From Podarcis muralis (lineage: Eukaryota), in contig NC_135656.1 in assembly GCF_964188315.1 (NCBI RefSeq), positions 117,304,001 through 117,368,000 of the forward strand: a stretch of 64,000 nt of DNA, read 5' to 3'. The notes beneath the pieces were generated by a model that worked only from the letters and a program-made list of their open reading frames with translations, was not told where the DNA came from and did not search any database. A program made the position numbers and the translations under genes. Each line of letters opens with the position of its first letter. Within the stretch, counting starts at the first letter, position 1. Of the stretch, positions 1 through 15,686 are shown piece after piece.

Positions 1-81
1 ATTGTGTTTTTAATATTCTGTTGGGAGCCGCCCAGAGTGGCTGGGGAGGCCCAGCCAGATGAGTGGGGTATAAGTAATAAA

Positions 82-140
<59 letters not shown>

Positions 141-1111
141 TACTACTACTACTACTATAGGATTCTGCGGCAGTAACCAATCAGCTTCTAACATGTTAAG
201 GCATGAGAAATACTATTTTATTTTATTGTTACTCACTTTTGCCTATACAGTCCATCTATCTGTACGTAACTGTTTCTGCAAAAGCCTACAAGCTGTATAT
301 GTTTATTGTTTGGACCATTATGGTCATATGACATATATACATAAATATGGCATTAAAATACAGTATCAGTCTATATTACACACACACACAAATAAGTTTT
401 TAGATGTCATTCCCAATTAAATCTTTACAGTCCACCATGTTCTCCTCAATGAACATTGTCAATTTTTGGGCAGCAACTTTGTCACAGATTTCTCAAACAA
501 GACAACAAATATGTGACTTTCAGTTGATCATCCGCATCAGGTATCTTACATAACAAATCAAGGATAAACTTGGTTCAGAATAGAGAGCGCATATTGGTAG
601 AGATCTACTGCCTAGTTAAGGCATACACAAAGATGCTGTTCTGCGATAATTTTTTATAGCGTCCCTCTAAATATTCTGAGCACATAGTCTGAAAACAAAA
701 GTCAGAAATGCTTGCCTAAATGAACCGATTGGTAAATCAGAGGGGAAATTCTCAAGTTCGTGTCTTATTTTAATTAAATACCAATGTGGGGCAGTGTTCA
801 AAATTAGCCAGGTGCCAGACACAGTTTGCACCTGGCTAATGGCGACTTAGCACTAGACAGATGGATATACATACTCCCAAAACTGTTTTACTGAGCCTGA
901 ACTTTTGCGACAGTAAAGTATTTGGTCCTTAAGCTGCTTCCTTGCTGTACTGGAAAAGCCCTCGTGCATGGATGAAGGTGAACAATTGCACATCGTCAAA
1001 GAGTGAGCTACTAACTCCCTACTAGGAAACACTGGTCTGCGAGTGCTCCAATTGGAGAACAGCTTTTACCACTGTAACAGAAGCTCTTTCTACACATCAG
1101 CTTTCATAGGG

Positions 1112-2359
<1,248 letters not shown>

Positions 2360-3659
2360 TTATCAAAACTCAAGGCCTGGCACTATGTTAAAGGCGTTTT
2401 ACATGAAAACAATGATGTGATACCTGGTTTTAATAAAATATCACCATTTAATCAAGGGTTATTTGTCTGCCTATGGACCTGTGTGGGGCGGCTGCCTCAG
2501 GTGTCACCCCCAAAGGGGCGTCACTGCTCAGCTTTGCTGCTAGTCTCCCCGGCCTCCAGGGGCGAAGTGGAATGGGCAGCAAAGCTTTGTGAGTCCTCTA
2601 CCCTCCAGCCAAGTCCCGAAAAGGTTCCTCCCCCAACAAGGGCATGTCCACAAGAGGGCAGACATTCCACCATTCAGCTTTGTCAGGATCTGAAAAGGCT
2701 CCTTGCCAGTGTATGGGGGAAGGCGTCTGCACCCCTTGGAGGTCTCGTGGGGTGAGGGGGGACCACCCCACCCAACTTGCAGGGCTACGCTCCTTATGGA
2801 TTTTGAGCCCCCATTTTGGGGCAGAAGTGAGGCCACCCCTGAGCATTGATAATACAGCACTGCAACTCAGAGAAGCTTGAAAAGTCTAGATCTGCAGAGC
2901 TTGTTGAAAAACCAACATGAATAATAACAATAGTAGCATTTATTTTATTTATATCCCAACCGTCTGGCTGGGTTTCCCAAGCCTCTCTGGGTGGCTTGCA
3001 GCATATATAAAAATGCAATCAAATCTCAAATATTAAGAAACAGAAGATTCTATATATGCAACAAACAAACCAATACATCAATAGAAACCAATAACAATAA
3101 GAAGATACTCAAGTATTCTACAAATTAGGATCCCCCACACAGAAGATTTTTAGTATGCCTTTTCTACCATTCTCCATGCTAGATTGCCACAATGCATTAT
3201 ACTTCAGGCTGCTTTAGAAGACCGTTCAGAAACTACAGAGTGCTGACCGGTGCAAGAGGCTCTGAGCATATCTGGGTTCCTGTCTTCAAGTCAAGGTGCT
3301 GATTTTGACTTATCTAGCTCAAGGACTGCTTCTCATGAATCCACCTAGAGCCTGCACTCATCGTCTGAGGTCCTTCTCACAGTGCCCTCTCCAACTGAGG
3401 TGCAAAGAGAGGCAATACGGAATGTGTCTTTCAGTGCTGGGTCCCCACCTAAAGAATGCTCTCCCCCAGGGAGGCAACCCAGAAGCCATCACTGGCTAAT
3501 TGTAGCAGAGAAGCAATAATATTTATTCTCAGCCAGGCTTCTGGCCTCTAACTTGGGAGAAATACGAACACTGTGACCTCCTTTAGCGGAGCTGAAGGGA
3601 GGCACTCCGAGGAACCCATACCTATTATAATTATTAATGAAGGCGCAAAGGATCCTTAC

Positions 3660-3773
3660 CCTGAGAGGCCACCATCTCATGAACCTCCACCATGACGTCC
3701 TTGTACAGAGCTCTCCGTAGGGCCCAGTTGTCGTCAGCAAAATGCAAGGACACTTGTCACAGCTCACTGATCC
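3660..3773 (-). pseudogene. Gene A1 degenerate KRAB-A exon (114 bp, frameshifted)
   Basis: ttccag|GGATCAGTG...TCTCAGG|gtaagg. Reads GSVSCD, then after a 1-bp shift VSLHFADDNWALRRALYKDVMVEVHEMVASQ. It is 13 bp shorter than the canonical 127-bp KRAB-A exon. Confidence 0.85.
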
Positions 3774-4449
3774 CTGGAAGGACAGAACAATTCCCTTCCT
3801 TATAGACACTCCAAGGCAAGGTGTGGAAACCATCTCCCCTCAGCTCCCCCTCCGATGATAGATGGGGCAACTGGAGATTTTACCTTCAGTGTTTATTTGT
3901 TTTTTTAATAAGATGTGAAAATCTGGATAACTAAATTTAAGACTGGGGGAAATGAGTGTTTTGTCCCACCCCATACTCCCTCCTTCCTCAGGTGTGTAAA
4001 GACCATACATGCTGCCCAAGAGGCAAAATGGGAAGTGGAGAGGGATAATTTTTTCAATGATGGCTTTATGCATACTGGTTTCTAAATTGGTTTGTGGGTT
4101 TTAGTTGTGTTCTAGCTCCCATTGGATCACTGTGCCACTTGAGAGACCTTTTGAATTAGCTGTTTAGAAATCTTGAACATAAGATAAAATTACTACAGCT
4201 GCAGATGGCCAGTTATATCCCCAGGGGCCCACCTTTTTTAATGATATATGTTTAGTACGTACATACATTTTGCAGAGGAAAAGTTTTTTCTCATGGTTTA
4301 ATTTGCAGTGGACCTATGGCCTTCGATACAATAAAATGCTAAAGAGTCTTAACTGAGGAGGATCCTCTCCTGCCATAGAGTCTGCAGCTCCTTCTGCACT
4401 CTATGGGGCGCTACCTTTGACGGTAACTGGGAGCAGCAGCCAACTAAGA

Positions 4450-4870
4450 CCTGAAAGACCTACATTAGCTCCCAGTATGTTTCCGAGCAAAATTCAAAGT
4501 GTTGGTGCTGACCTTTAAAGCCCTAAATGGCCTCAGCCTGTATACCTGAAGGAGCATCTCCACCCCATCGCTCAGTCCTGACACTGAGGCCCAGTTCCGA
4601 GGGCCTTCTGGCGGTTCCCTCCCTGCGAGGTTACAGGGAACCAGTCAGAGGGCCTTCTCGGTAGTGGCGCCCGCCCTGTGGAAAGCCCTCCCATCAGATG
4701 TCAAGGAAATAAACAACTACCTGACTTTAAGAAGACATCTGAGGGCAGCCCCGTTCAGGAAAGCTTTTAATGTTTGATCTTTTAGAGTGCTTTTAATTTT
4801 CTGTTGAGAGCTGCCCAGAGTGGCTGGGGAAGCCCAGCTAAATGGGCGGGGTATGAAGGAATAAAATAAT
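4450..4870 (+). mobile_element. L2-type LINE 3' fragment
   Basis: Matches the 3' end of the long L2 at 13851-15686 (RAQFKVLVLTFKALNG... region and gggcggggtat tail). Confidence 0.9.
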
Positions 4871-4959
4871 AACAATTCCTCCTGCTCCTCCCTGGCTGGC
4901 AGGAGACTCTCCTGACTCCCTGTTTACTCCCTGCCATTCCTCCCCATTCCCTGCCCTGC

Positions 4960-5470
4960 GGCCTTTGCTGGGCGCTCCTTCTGCGTTCTCTGGACAGAGG
5001 AGCGGGAGAAAAGGCCGCAGGATGAGGCCAGAGGCCGGTCAAGGCCAGCGAGGAGCGTCGCTTCGGCCTCCCGCTTCCCCTCCCAGGAGAAGACGACCTT
5101 TCCCCGTCGCCCCTGAGTTCCCCCCAGGAGGGACGCGGCTCCCTCCCTCTCGCCCCCCAATTCCGCGCCTGGCTCGGCCCACTCCCCCCAGTTACCCGCC
5201 TCCAGGGAGGACAGCATCAACCCGGGGAAGCGGAACAGGAAGCGGAAGCGCCTCCTCTCTCCCCCAGTCTTCCCTTCCGCTCTAGGAATCGAAGCTCTGT
5301 GGTCGCTGTTAACCCTTGCGGAGCCGCGGGGTAGGAGCCTCTTGGCTGCTCCGGGCAGAGAGGGAGCCCGGCTGGTCTCCGGCTCTGAAGCAGGAGGGGG
5401 AAACCCGGCTGCAGGATCAGGCCAGCGGCGCCCCCAGGACAGAATCCCTCCTCCGCAGGTGCTCCAAGCA
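4960..5470 (-). promoter_or_regulatory. CpG island / probable A1 promoter with tandem ETS-type GGAA motifs
   Basis: GC- and CpG-rich, with ggaagcggaacaggaagcggaagcg at ~5226-5250 and a candidate minus-strand donor GGCGG|GTAACT near 5194. Confidence 0.7.
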
Positions 5471-6039
5471 AGATCCGAGCTCAAGAGCAGCTTTATCCTC
5501 ACCTTTAGTATTCTACTTATTTATATCCCGCCTTTCTCCCAGACCGAGAGCCAAGGCGGCTTACAAAGGGGTTGCCATGGTTGTAAATTCTAAAAGGCAG
5601 GCGGCATTAAGAGGCAAGGAACTGCAATTGTTTCAAAGATCCTGGTTGAAATCAGAATTAGGAAAAAAAAATTAAAGATGCACATATTTTGTGAAATCAG
5701 CTGAGAAGAGAGGTCCAGCGGCTGTAAAAAGATGAGTGCTTTAAATATTTTCAAATGACAGAATACCTGACAGAATCTTGAGTTTGGATTGGCTATTTTG
5801 GATCCAACTGAGTCCTTTCCAAGTGTGCCTCTAAAATGGTGCATGCACACAGGGAAACAAACCCCCACGGGGGACCTTGGTTTCCTGGCTTAGAATAGCA
5901 CACACGATGTGGAAATTCATGAAGGAGGTCCTGACCGGAGATCCAAATAAAACTAGGTAACGGAATAAAAAAAATATTTATTGTGCACACAGGTAGGGCT
6001 CGTGTCACATGATTTTTTCCCCACGCACCAAAATATAGC

Positions 6040-6460
6040 TGGGACCGGCCACTGAGACCACATAACACCTGTCCTGAAAGACGTACATTGGCCCCCACTA
6101 CATTTCCAAGCACAATTCAAAGTGTTGGTGCTGACCTTTAAAGCCCTAAATTGTCTCGGCCCACTATACCTGAAGGAGCGTCTCCACCCCTATTGTTCAC
6201 TGCAAAAAGTGAGGATACAGCGAACCAGGCAGAGGGCCTTCTTGGTAGTAGCACCTGCCCTGCGGAATGCCCTCCCACCAGATGTCAAGGAAATAAACAA
6301 ATATCTGACTTTCAGAAGACACCTGAAGGCAGCAAAGTTTAAGGAAGTTTTTAACATTTGATGTTTTATTGTGTTTTTAATACTCTGTTGGGAGCCGCCC
6401 AGATTGGCTGGGGAGGCCCCAGCCAGATGGGAGGTGTATAAATTATTATTATTATTATTA
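6040..6460 (+). mobile_element. L2-type LINE 3' fragment with (ATT)n tail
   Basis: Same 3' consensus as the other L2 copies in the window. Confidence 0.9.
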
Positions 6461-6563
6461 TTGATACACAAGTGTCATAGCTCCTCTGCTGTAAAAGCCT
6501 AGAAGCTGTACATGTTTATTGTTGACTGAAGCATTATGGCCATATGCAATATATACATAAATA

Positions 6564-6789
6564 CAGTGGTACCTCGAGTTACAGATGCTACAGGTTACAG
6601 ACTCCGCTAACCCAGAAATAGTACCTCGGGTTAAGAACTGTGCTTCAGGATGAGAACAGAAATCGCGTAGCAGCGGTGCGGTGGTAGAGGAAGGCCCCAT
6701 TAGCTTAAATGTTGCTTCAGGTTAAGAACAGTTTCAGGTTAAGGACAGACCCCAAGAACGAATTAAGTTTTTAACCCGAGGTACCACTG
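6564..6789 (+). mobile_element. Tigger/pogo-type MITE, family T1 (TIR CAGTGGTACCTC)
   Basis: TA|cagtggtacctc...gaggtaccactg|TA, absent at the paralogous site in copy 1. Confidence 0.9.
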
Positions 6790-6999
6790 TACACCTTTAA
6801 AATACAGTATCAGCCTATATTACACACACACACACACACACACAAATACAAATAAGTTTTTAGATTTCATTCCCAATTAAATATTTACAGTCCACCATGT
6901 TTTCCTCAATGAACTTTCTCAGTCTGGGGGCAGCAACTGCAGATCTCACAACTTTGTCATAGATTTCTCAAACCAGACAACAAATATGTGACTTTCAGT

Positions 7000-8776
7000 A
7001 ATAATCACAATAATTTATTATTTATACCCCACCCATCTGTGTGGGTTTCCCCAGCCACTCAGGGCGGCTTCCAACAAAATATTAAAATACAATAGACCAC
7101 CAGACATTAAAAGCTTCCCTAAACAGGGCTGCCTTCAGATGTCTTCTATAAGTCTGGTAGTTTCTATAAGTCTGTTTTCTATAAGTCTGTAGTCTTCTAT
7201 AAGTCTGTTTTCTGCAGATGCAATAGAGGCGGTGGTCTTCTTCACCGTCACTATCGCCACTTGGTAGGCTCCACATTGAGCTCTAACCCATGTGCGGTCA
7301 GATGCAGAATGAGTCATCCACCACCAGCACTCTAGCCATCTCAGTGATTGTTTCATTGTCCTTAGACCGGTGGAAAACCACGGAGCTGCCCAGGCTCCAT
7401 GCAATCGGAGAGGGCGCTTCAGAGCCAAACAGTCAATAGCTCTGGTTAACTCCACATTACAGTGGGCCACCAGGGAATCAGCTAAAAGGCCATCAACATG
7501 GGATAAAGCATCCCCTACCACTCTCTGGAAACCATTTAGATCCATTAAGTGGCGGGGGCGGACCATCCAAATTGGTCCCACCTCCCTGCAGAGGGGATGG
7601 GTCGCAGAGAAGTCCAGTTGCACCAGGAAGTGATCTGACTATGGCACTTCTTTCGCTTCGCTTTTATTAGTGTCAGATCGCCAACATCTATAGAGGTCAA
7701 AGGCTATGAGCTGGGCCAGGCTAATTCAGGGGCGGTCCTATGGAGGCCATAGTTTCCACGAAGTCCCGAGAGGTCCCTTGCAAGGTCGTGTTGGCGTGGA
7801 TGTTAAAATTCCCTAGGACAACCAAACTAGGTGTCTCCAAGAGCACATCCACCACAACCTGAAGCAGCTCGGGCAGGGAATCCTTGGTGCAGCAGGGAGG
7901 CCGGTACACCAAAAGGAATCCTGTACTGCCCCTATTGCCCAACTTCCAGAACATGCACTCAGAGAACTGGGTCTTCCCAATAGGATGCCTGGTGCAGACT
8001 AATGACTTCCTAAAAATCACTGCAACCCCCCCTCCCCGCCCACATGACCTGGGTTGCTGTGCGTAAGAGAAACCTGGTGGACAAGCAGCGGCAAGGACAG
8101 GCCCATCAGCTTCATCCAACCAAGTCTCTGTTACACATGCCAGGTCAAGTCCTCCATCCGCGATCAAGTCATGGATGGTAGTGGTCTTACGAATCATTGA
8201 CCTGGCATTGCACAGCAGCACCTTCAGATCATGTGGGTATCCATTGCTGATTCCAGTATCCGTCCGGTCAAGACCAGACCCGGAGGCAGGGATAGTCCTC
8301 AAACAACGACTAAACCTGCCTCCTCGGTAATGACATGGTCTGGTCTTAGCATAACTCCTCCTCCTACCCGTGATCACTAAGATCGGTTGTCCCAGTGCAT
8401 CCCTCCCTGTGGAACTTGCCCCAGCCATTTTGTTGGCTGGGACCCACTCCCAGGCAGCCCTGACCCCACCCCTTAAGAACAAAATAAAACCTATTAAAAA
8501 AAACAATAAAAACCAAAAACAGTAAAAGTTACAAAAATACCAAAATTAGACCAATTTCCAAACACGACTAAACGTCCATCCCCCACACCAGAAATAATTT
8601 TAAAGGTAAAAAAGGTAAAATTTTAAAGTATTTTAAAAAGAACTCTGTGTTGTTCTGAGTTCTCCTGGGGAGCGACAGCAGCCGCCTCAGCTGTCCTTAT
8701 GAGGCCTGCCAGGCCCTGCCCTGGCCAGGTGGTGAGTGGCAGGAACGGGGCACTCAGGCAGGGGAGTCCTCCTGGG
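7000..8776 (-). mobile_element. L2-type LINE with internal deletion: 5' region, AP endonuclease domain and 3' tail
   Basis: ORF 7721-8506 has APE motifs (LLCNARS, ACVTETW, GGGVAV, LVYRPP, VLGNFNIH). The L2 3' end lies at 7000-7140. Flanked by cagt/cagt relative to the empty site in copy 1. Confidence 0.9.
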
Positions 8777-9239
8777 CAGTTGATTACACGCATTGGGTAT
8801 CTTACATAATCAAACAAGGATAAACTTGGTTCAGAATAGCGCATATTGGTAGCGATCTACTGCTTAGTTACAGCATATACAAAGAAGCTCTTCTGCAAGA
8901 ATTTTTTATAGTGTCCCTCTAAATATTCTGAGCACATAGTCTGAAAACAAAAGTGAGAAATGCTTGCCTAAAGGAACAGATTGGTAAATCAGAGGGGAAA
9001 TTCTCAAGTTCGTGTCTTATTTTAATTAAATACCAATGTGGGGCAGTGTTCAAAATTAGCCAGGCGCCAGACACATTTTGCACCTGGCTATTGGCAACTT
9101 ATCACTAGACAGCTGTTGCAACTAAAGCTCTTTCCACACCCCAAAAATGTGTGTTGTTTGTCCCCTGTACGAGTTCTTTCATGCACAGTAAAGAAACTAC
9201 TATAACTGAAGCTCTTTACACACATCAACTTTCATAGGG

Positions 9240-10410
<1,171 letters not shown>

Positions 10411-11181
10411 TCAAAACTCAAGGCCTGGCACTATGTTAAAGGTGTTTTACATAAAAATCAATGATGTGATACCTGGTTTTAATAAAATATCACCATTTAA
10501 TCAAGGGTTATTTGTATCAGAAAAGTTCTGGTGAGCAGTCCCTAAGATTAACCAAGCCATAAATAACACAATTTAAACCAGCAGGCAATAACATCAACAG
10601 AGCCTGCCTGCCTATGGGCCTGTGTGAGGTAGCTGTCTCAGGTGTCACCCCCAAAGGGGCTCAGCTTTGCTGCTAGTCTCCCCGGCCTCCAGGGGCGAAG
10701 TGGAATGGGCAGCAAAGCTTTGTGAGTCCTCTCCCCTCCAGCCAAGTCCCGAAAAGGATCCTCCCCTAATAAGGGCATGTCCACAAGAGGGCAGACATTC
10801 CACCATTCAGCTTTGTCAGGATCTGAAAAGGCTCTTTGCCAGTGGATGGGGGGGGTGGCTCTGCACCCCTTGGAGGTCTGGTGGGGTGAGGGGGGGGACA
10901 TGCAACAAAAAAACCAATACATCAATAGAAACCAATATCACTAACAAGATACTCAAGTATTCTACAAATTAGGATCCCCCACACAGAAGATTTTTAGTAT
11001 GCTTTTTCCACCATTCTCCACGCTAGATTGCCACAATGCATTATACTTCAGGCTGCTTTAGAAGACCGTTCAGAAACTACAGAGTGATGACCGGTGCAAG
11101 ATGATCTGAGCACCTAAAACCTTTTCTGGGTTGCTGTCTTCAATTCAAGGTGCTGATTTTGACCTATGTAACTCAAGGACT

Positions 11182-11535
11182 GAAGGGATGCAGGTGGCGC
11201 TGTGGGTTAAACCACAGAGCCTAGGACTTGCCGATCAGAAGGTTGGCGGTTGGAATCCCTGCGACGGGGTGAACTCCCGTTGCTCGGTCCCAGCTCCTGC
11301 CAACCTAGCAGTTCGAAAGCACGTCAAAAGTGCAAGTAGATAAATAGGTACCGCTCCGGCAGGAAGGTAAACGGCGTTTCCGTGCACTGCTCTGGTTCAC
11401 CGGAAGCGGCTTAGTCATGCTGGCCACATGACCCGGAAGCTGTACGCCGGCTCCCTCAGCCAATAAAGCGAGATGAGCGCCGCAACCCCAGAGTCGGTCA
11501 CGACTGGACCTAATGGTCAGGGGTCCCTTTACCTT
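11182..11535 (+). mobile_element. Sauria SINE (Squam1), full length
   Basis: tRNA-like head gtggcgctgtgggttaaacc and (ACCTTT) tail. 13-bp TSD taactcaaggact at 11169-11181 and 11536-11548, with the empty site at ~3315 in copy 1. Confidence 0.92.
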
Positions 11536-11888
11536 TAACTCAAGGACTTCTTCTCATGAATCCACCTAGAGCCTGCACTCATCATCAGAGGTCCTTCTCA
11601 CAGTGCCCTCTCCAATTGAGGTGCAAAGAGAGGCAATATGGAATGCGTCTTTTAGTGCTGGCTCCCCACCTAAAGAATGCTCTTCCACAGAGAGGCAACC
11701 CAGAAGCCATCACTGGCTAATTGTAGCAGAGAAGCAAGAATATTTATTCTCAGCCAGGCTTCTGGCCTTTAACTTGGGAGAAAAACAAACACTGTGACCT
11801 CCTTTAGCGGAGCTGAAGGGAGGCACTCTGAGCCACTGAGGAACCCATACCTATTATAACTATTAACGAAGGCGAAAAGGATCCTTAC

Positions 11889-12002
11889 CCTGAGAGGCCA
11901 CCATCTCATGAACCTCCACCATGACGTCCTTGTACAGAGCTCTCCGTAGGGCCCAGTTGTCGTCAGCGAAATGCAAGGACACCTGTCAAAGCTCACTGAT
12001 CC
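11889..12002 (-). pseudogene. Gene A2 degenerate KRAB-A exon (114 bp, same frameshift as A1)
   Basis: GSVSFD, then shift, then VSLHFADDNWALRRALYKDVMVEVHEMVASQ, with AG/GT borders. Confidence 0.85.
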
Positions 12003-12449
12003 CTGGAAGGACAGAACAATTCCCTTCCTTATAGACACTCCAAGGCAAGGTGTGGAAACCATCTCCCCTCAGCTCCCCCTCCGATGATAGATGGGGCAAC
12101 TGGAGATTTTACCTTCAGTGTTTATTTGTTTTTTTTAATAAGATGTGAAAATCTGGATAACTAAATTTAAGACTGGGGAAAATGAGTGTTTTCCCCCAAC
12201 CCATACTCCCTCCTTCTTCCCCTTCCTCAGGTGTGTAAAGTCCAAACAAGTGGAGAGGGATGATTTTTTTCAATGATGCCTTTATGCATACTGGTTTCTA
12301 AATTTGTTTGTGAATTTTAGTTGTGTTCTAGCTACCATTGGATCACTACGCCACTTGAAGGACCTTTTGGATCAGGTGTTTAGAAATCTTGAAAATAAGA
12401 TAAAATTACTACAGCTGCAGATGGCCAGTTATATCCCCAGGGGCCCACC

Positions 12450-12790
12450 TTTTTAAAGCCCTAAACAATCTTGGCTCAGTATACCTGAGATCCAGTTCCG
12501 AGGGCCTTCTGGTGGGTCCCTCACTGCAAAAAGTGAGGTTACAGGGAACCAGGCAGAGGGCCTTCTCGGTAGTGGCACCCGCCCTGTGGAAAGCCCTCCC
12601 ATCAGATGTCAAGGAAATAAACAACTACCTGACTTTAAGAAGACATCTGAGGGCAGCCCCGTTCAGGAAAGCTTTGAATGTTTGATCTTTTAGAGTGCTT
12701 TTAATTTTCTGTTGAGAGCTGCCCAGAGTGGCTGGGGAAGCCCAGCTAAATGGGCGGGGTATGAAGGAATAAAATAATCATAATAATTCC
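12450..12790 (+). mobile_element. L2 3' fragment (paralog of 4450-4870)
   Basis: L2 3' consensus. Confidence 0.85.
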
Positions 12791-12879
12791 TCCTGCTCCT
12801 CCCTGGCTGGCAGGAGACTCTCCTGACTCCCTGTTTACTCCCTGCCATTCCTCCCCATTCCCTGCCCTGCGGCCTTGGC

Positions 12880-13340
12880 TGGGCGCTCCTTCTGCGTTCT
12901 CTGGACAGAGGAGCGGGAGAAAAGGCCGCAGGATGAGGCCAGAGGCCGGTCAAGGCCAGCGAGGAGCGTCGCTTCGGCCTCCCGCTTCCCCTCCCAGGAG
13001 AAGACGACCTTTCCCCGTCGCCCCTGAGTTCCCCCCAGGAGGGACGCGGCTCCCTCCCTCTCGCCCCCCAATTCCGCGCCTGGCTCGGCCCACTCCCCCC
13101 AGTTACCCGCCTCCAGGGAGGACAGCATCAACCCGGGGAAGCGGAACAGGAAGCGGAAGCGCCTCCTCTCTCCCCCAGTCTTCCCTTCCGCTCTAGGAAT
13201 CGAAGCTCTGTGGTCGCTGTTAACCGCTTCGGAGCCGCGGGGCAGAGAGGGAGGAGGGGCGCCCGGCTGGTCTCTGGCTCTGAAGCAGAAAGGGGAAACC
13301 CGGCTGCAGGATCAGGCCAGCGGTGCCCCCAGTTGTTCCA
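12880..13340 (-). promoter_or_regulatory. CpG island / probable A2 promoter (duplicate of 4960-5470)
   Basis: Near-identical GC-rich sequence with the ETS-type repeats at ~13137-13161. Confidence 0.7.
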
Positions 13341-13849
13341 AGCAGGTACTCCAAGCAGGATCTGAGTACACGAGCAGCTTTGTCCTCACCTTTAGTATTA
13401 TATTATTGTATTATATGCCCCTGTAATCTCACTGTATACAAGTTGTACAAGTGACAATAATGTATTTCAATTTCAATATTTATTTATATCCCGCCTTTCT
13501 CCCAGACCGAGAGCCAAGGCGGCTTACAAAGGGGTTGCCATAGTTATAAGTTCTGAAAGGCAGGCGGCATTAAGAGGGAAGGAACTGCAAAGATCCTGGT
13601 TGAAATCAGAATTAGAAAAAAATTAAAGAAGCACTTATTTTGTGAAATCAGCTGAGAAGAGAGGTCCAGTGGCTGTAAAAAGATTTGTGCTTTAAATATT
13701 TTCAAATGACATAATACCTGACAGAATCTCGAGTTTGGATTGGCTATTTCGGATCAAACCGAGTCCTTCCCAAGTGTGCATCCCCTCTTTGCATGTTTGA
13801 CCTCTCAAGAGGCATGAGGAACATGTGACTCTCTCATCAGCTGCAGTCA

Positions 13850-13850
<1 letters not shown>

Positions 13851-13899
<49 letters not shown>

Positions 13900-15686
13900 T
13901 ATTATTTATACCCCGCCCATCTGGCTGGGCCTCCCCAGCCACTCTGGGCGGCTTCCATAAAAACCACAAATACAGTAAAATATCACACGTTAAAAACTTC
14001 CCTGAACAGGGCTGCCTTAAGATGTCTTCTTAATGTCAGGTATTTGTTTATCGTTTTGACATCTGCTGGAAGGGTGTTCCACAGGGCGGGCGCCACTACC
14101 GAGAAGGCCCTCTGCCTGGTTCCCTGTAGCTTTGCTTCTCGCAATGAGGGAACCGCCAGAAGGCTCTCGGCGCTGGACCTCAGTGTCCGGGCAGAATGAT
14201 GGGGGTGGAGACGCTCCTTAAGGTATACTGGACCGAGGCCGTTTAGGGCTTTAAAGGTCAGCACCAACACTTTGAATTGTGCTCGGAAACATACTGGGAG
14301 CCAATGTAGGTCCTTCAAGACCGGTGTTATATGGTCTCGGCGGCCGCCCCCAGTCACCAGTCTAGCTGCCGCATTCTGGATTAGTTGTAGTTTCCGAGTC
14401 ACCTTCAAAGGTAGCCCCACGTAGAGTGCATTGCAGTAGTCCAAGCGGGAGATAACCAGAGCATGTACCACTCTTGTGAGACAGTCTGCAGGCAGATAGG
14501 GTCTCAGCCTACGTACCAGATGGAGCTGGTAAACAGCTGCCCTGGACACAGATTTGACCTGTGCCTCCATGGACAGCTGTGAGTCCAGAATGACTCCCAG
14601 GCTGCGCACCTGGTCCTTCAGGGGCACAGTTACCCCATTCAGGACCAGGGAATCCTCCACACCTGCCTGCGTCCTGTCCCCCAAAAACAGTACTTCTGTC
14701 TTGTCAGGATTCAACCTCAATCTGTTAGCCGCCATCCAACCTCCAACCGCCTCCAGGCACTCACACAGGACCTTCACTGCCTTCACTGGTTCTGATTTAA
14801 AAGAGAGGTAGAGCTGGGTATCATCCGCATACTGATGAACACCCAGCCCAAACCCCCTGATGATCTCTCCCAGCGGCTTCATGTAGATGTTGAAAAGCAT
14901 GGGGGAGAGGACCGAACCCTGACGCACCCCACAAGTGAGGGCCCAGGGGTCTGAACACTCATCCACCACTTTCTGAACCCGGCCCAGGAGGAAGGAGCGG
15001 AACCACTGTATAACAGTGCCTCCAGCTCCCAGCCCCTGAAGACGGTCCAGAAGGATGTTATGGTCGATGGTATCAAACGCCGCTGAGAGATCCAGCAGAA
15101 CTAGGAAACAGCTCTCACCTTTGTCCCTAGCCCGCCGGAGATCATCAACCAGTGCGACCAAGGCAGGTTCAGTCCCATGATGAGGCCTGAATCCCGACTG
15201 GAAGGGATCCAAATGGTCCGCTTCTTCCAGGCGTGCCTGGAGTTGTTTGGCAACCGCTCGCTCAATCACCTTGCCCAAGAATGGAAGATTTGAGACTGGG
15301 CGATAGTTGGCCATCGTGGCCGCATCTAAAGATGGTTTTTTAAGAAGTGGTTTAATAACCGCCTCTTTCAACGGGTCTGGGAAGGCTCCCTCACAGAGGG
15401 AAGCATTCACCACCCCACGAAGCCCATCGCCCAGTCCTTCCCGGCTAGCTTTTATAAGCCAGGATGGGCAAGGATCCAGGAGACAGGTGGTTGGCTTCAC
15501 TCGTCCAAGCAGCCTGTCCACATCCTCGGAGGTAACAGATTGGAATTGATCCCACTCAACTTGACTAGACAGAGCTCTAGCACTCTCCCGCCCCGGCCCT
15601 GCTCCCACGGTGGAGTCTACTTCTTCCCGAATCTGAGCGATTTTATCTGCAAAAAACTTTGCAAAATCATTGCAGGAGAACATGTG
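13851..15686 (-). mobile_element. 5'-truncated L2-type LINE with uninterrupted 566-aa reverse transcriptase C-terminal ORF and (ATT)n tail
   Basis: ORF 13983-15683 with YRPVSNL, QSGFR, LDLSAAFD, GVRQGSVLSP and YADD motifs. Confidence 0.95.

Noticed and set aside
2600-2690. Possible KRAB-B-like exon (...LLGEEPFRDL) in A1/A2
   Set aside because: The acceptor is plausible but no donor lies in the required phase, and similarity is limited to GEEP.
11182-11270. tRNA-like sequence with A and B boxes (also 16555, 36916, 38127, 44782)
   Set aside because: These are SINE heads followed by SINE bodies and tails, not tRNA genes.
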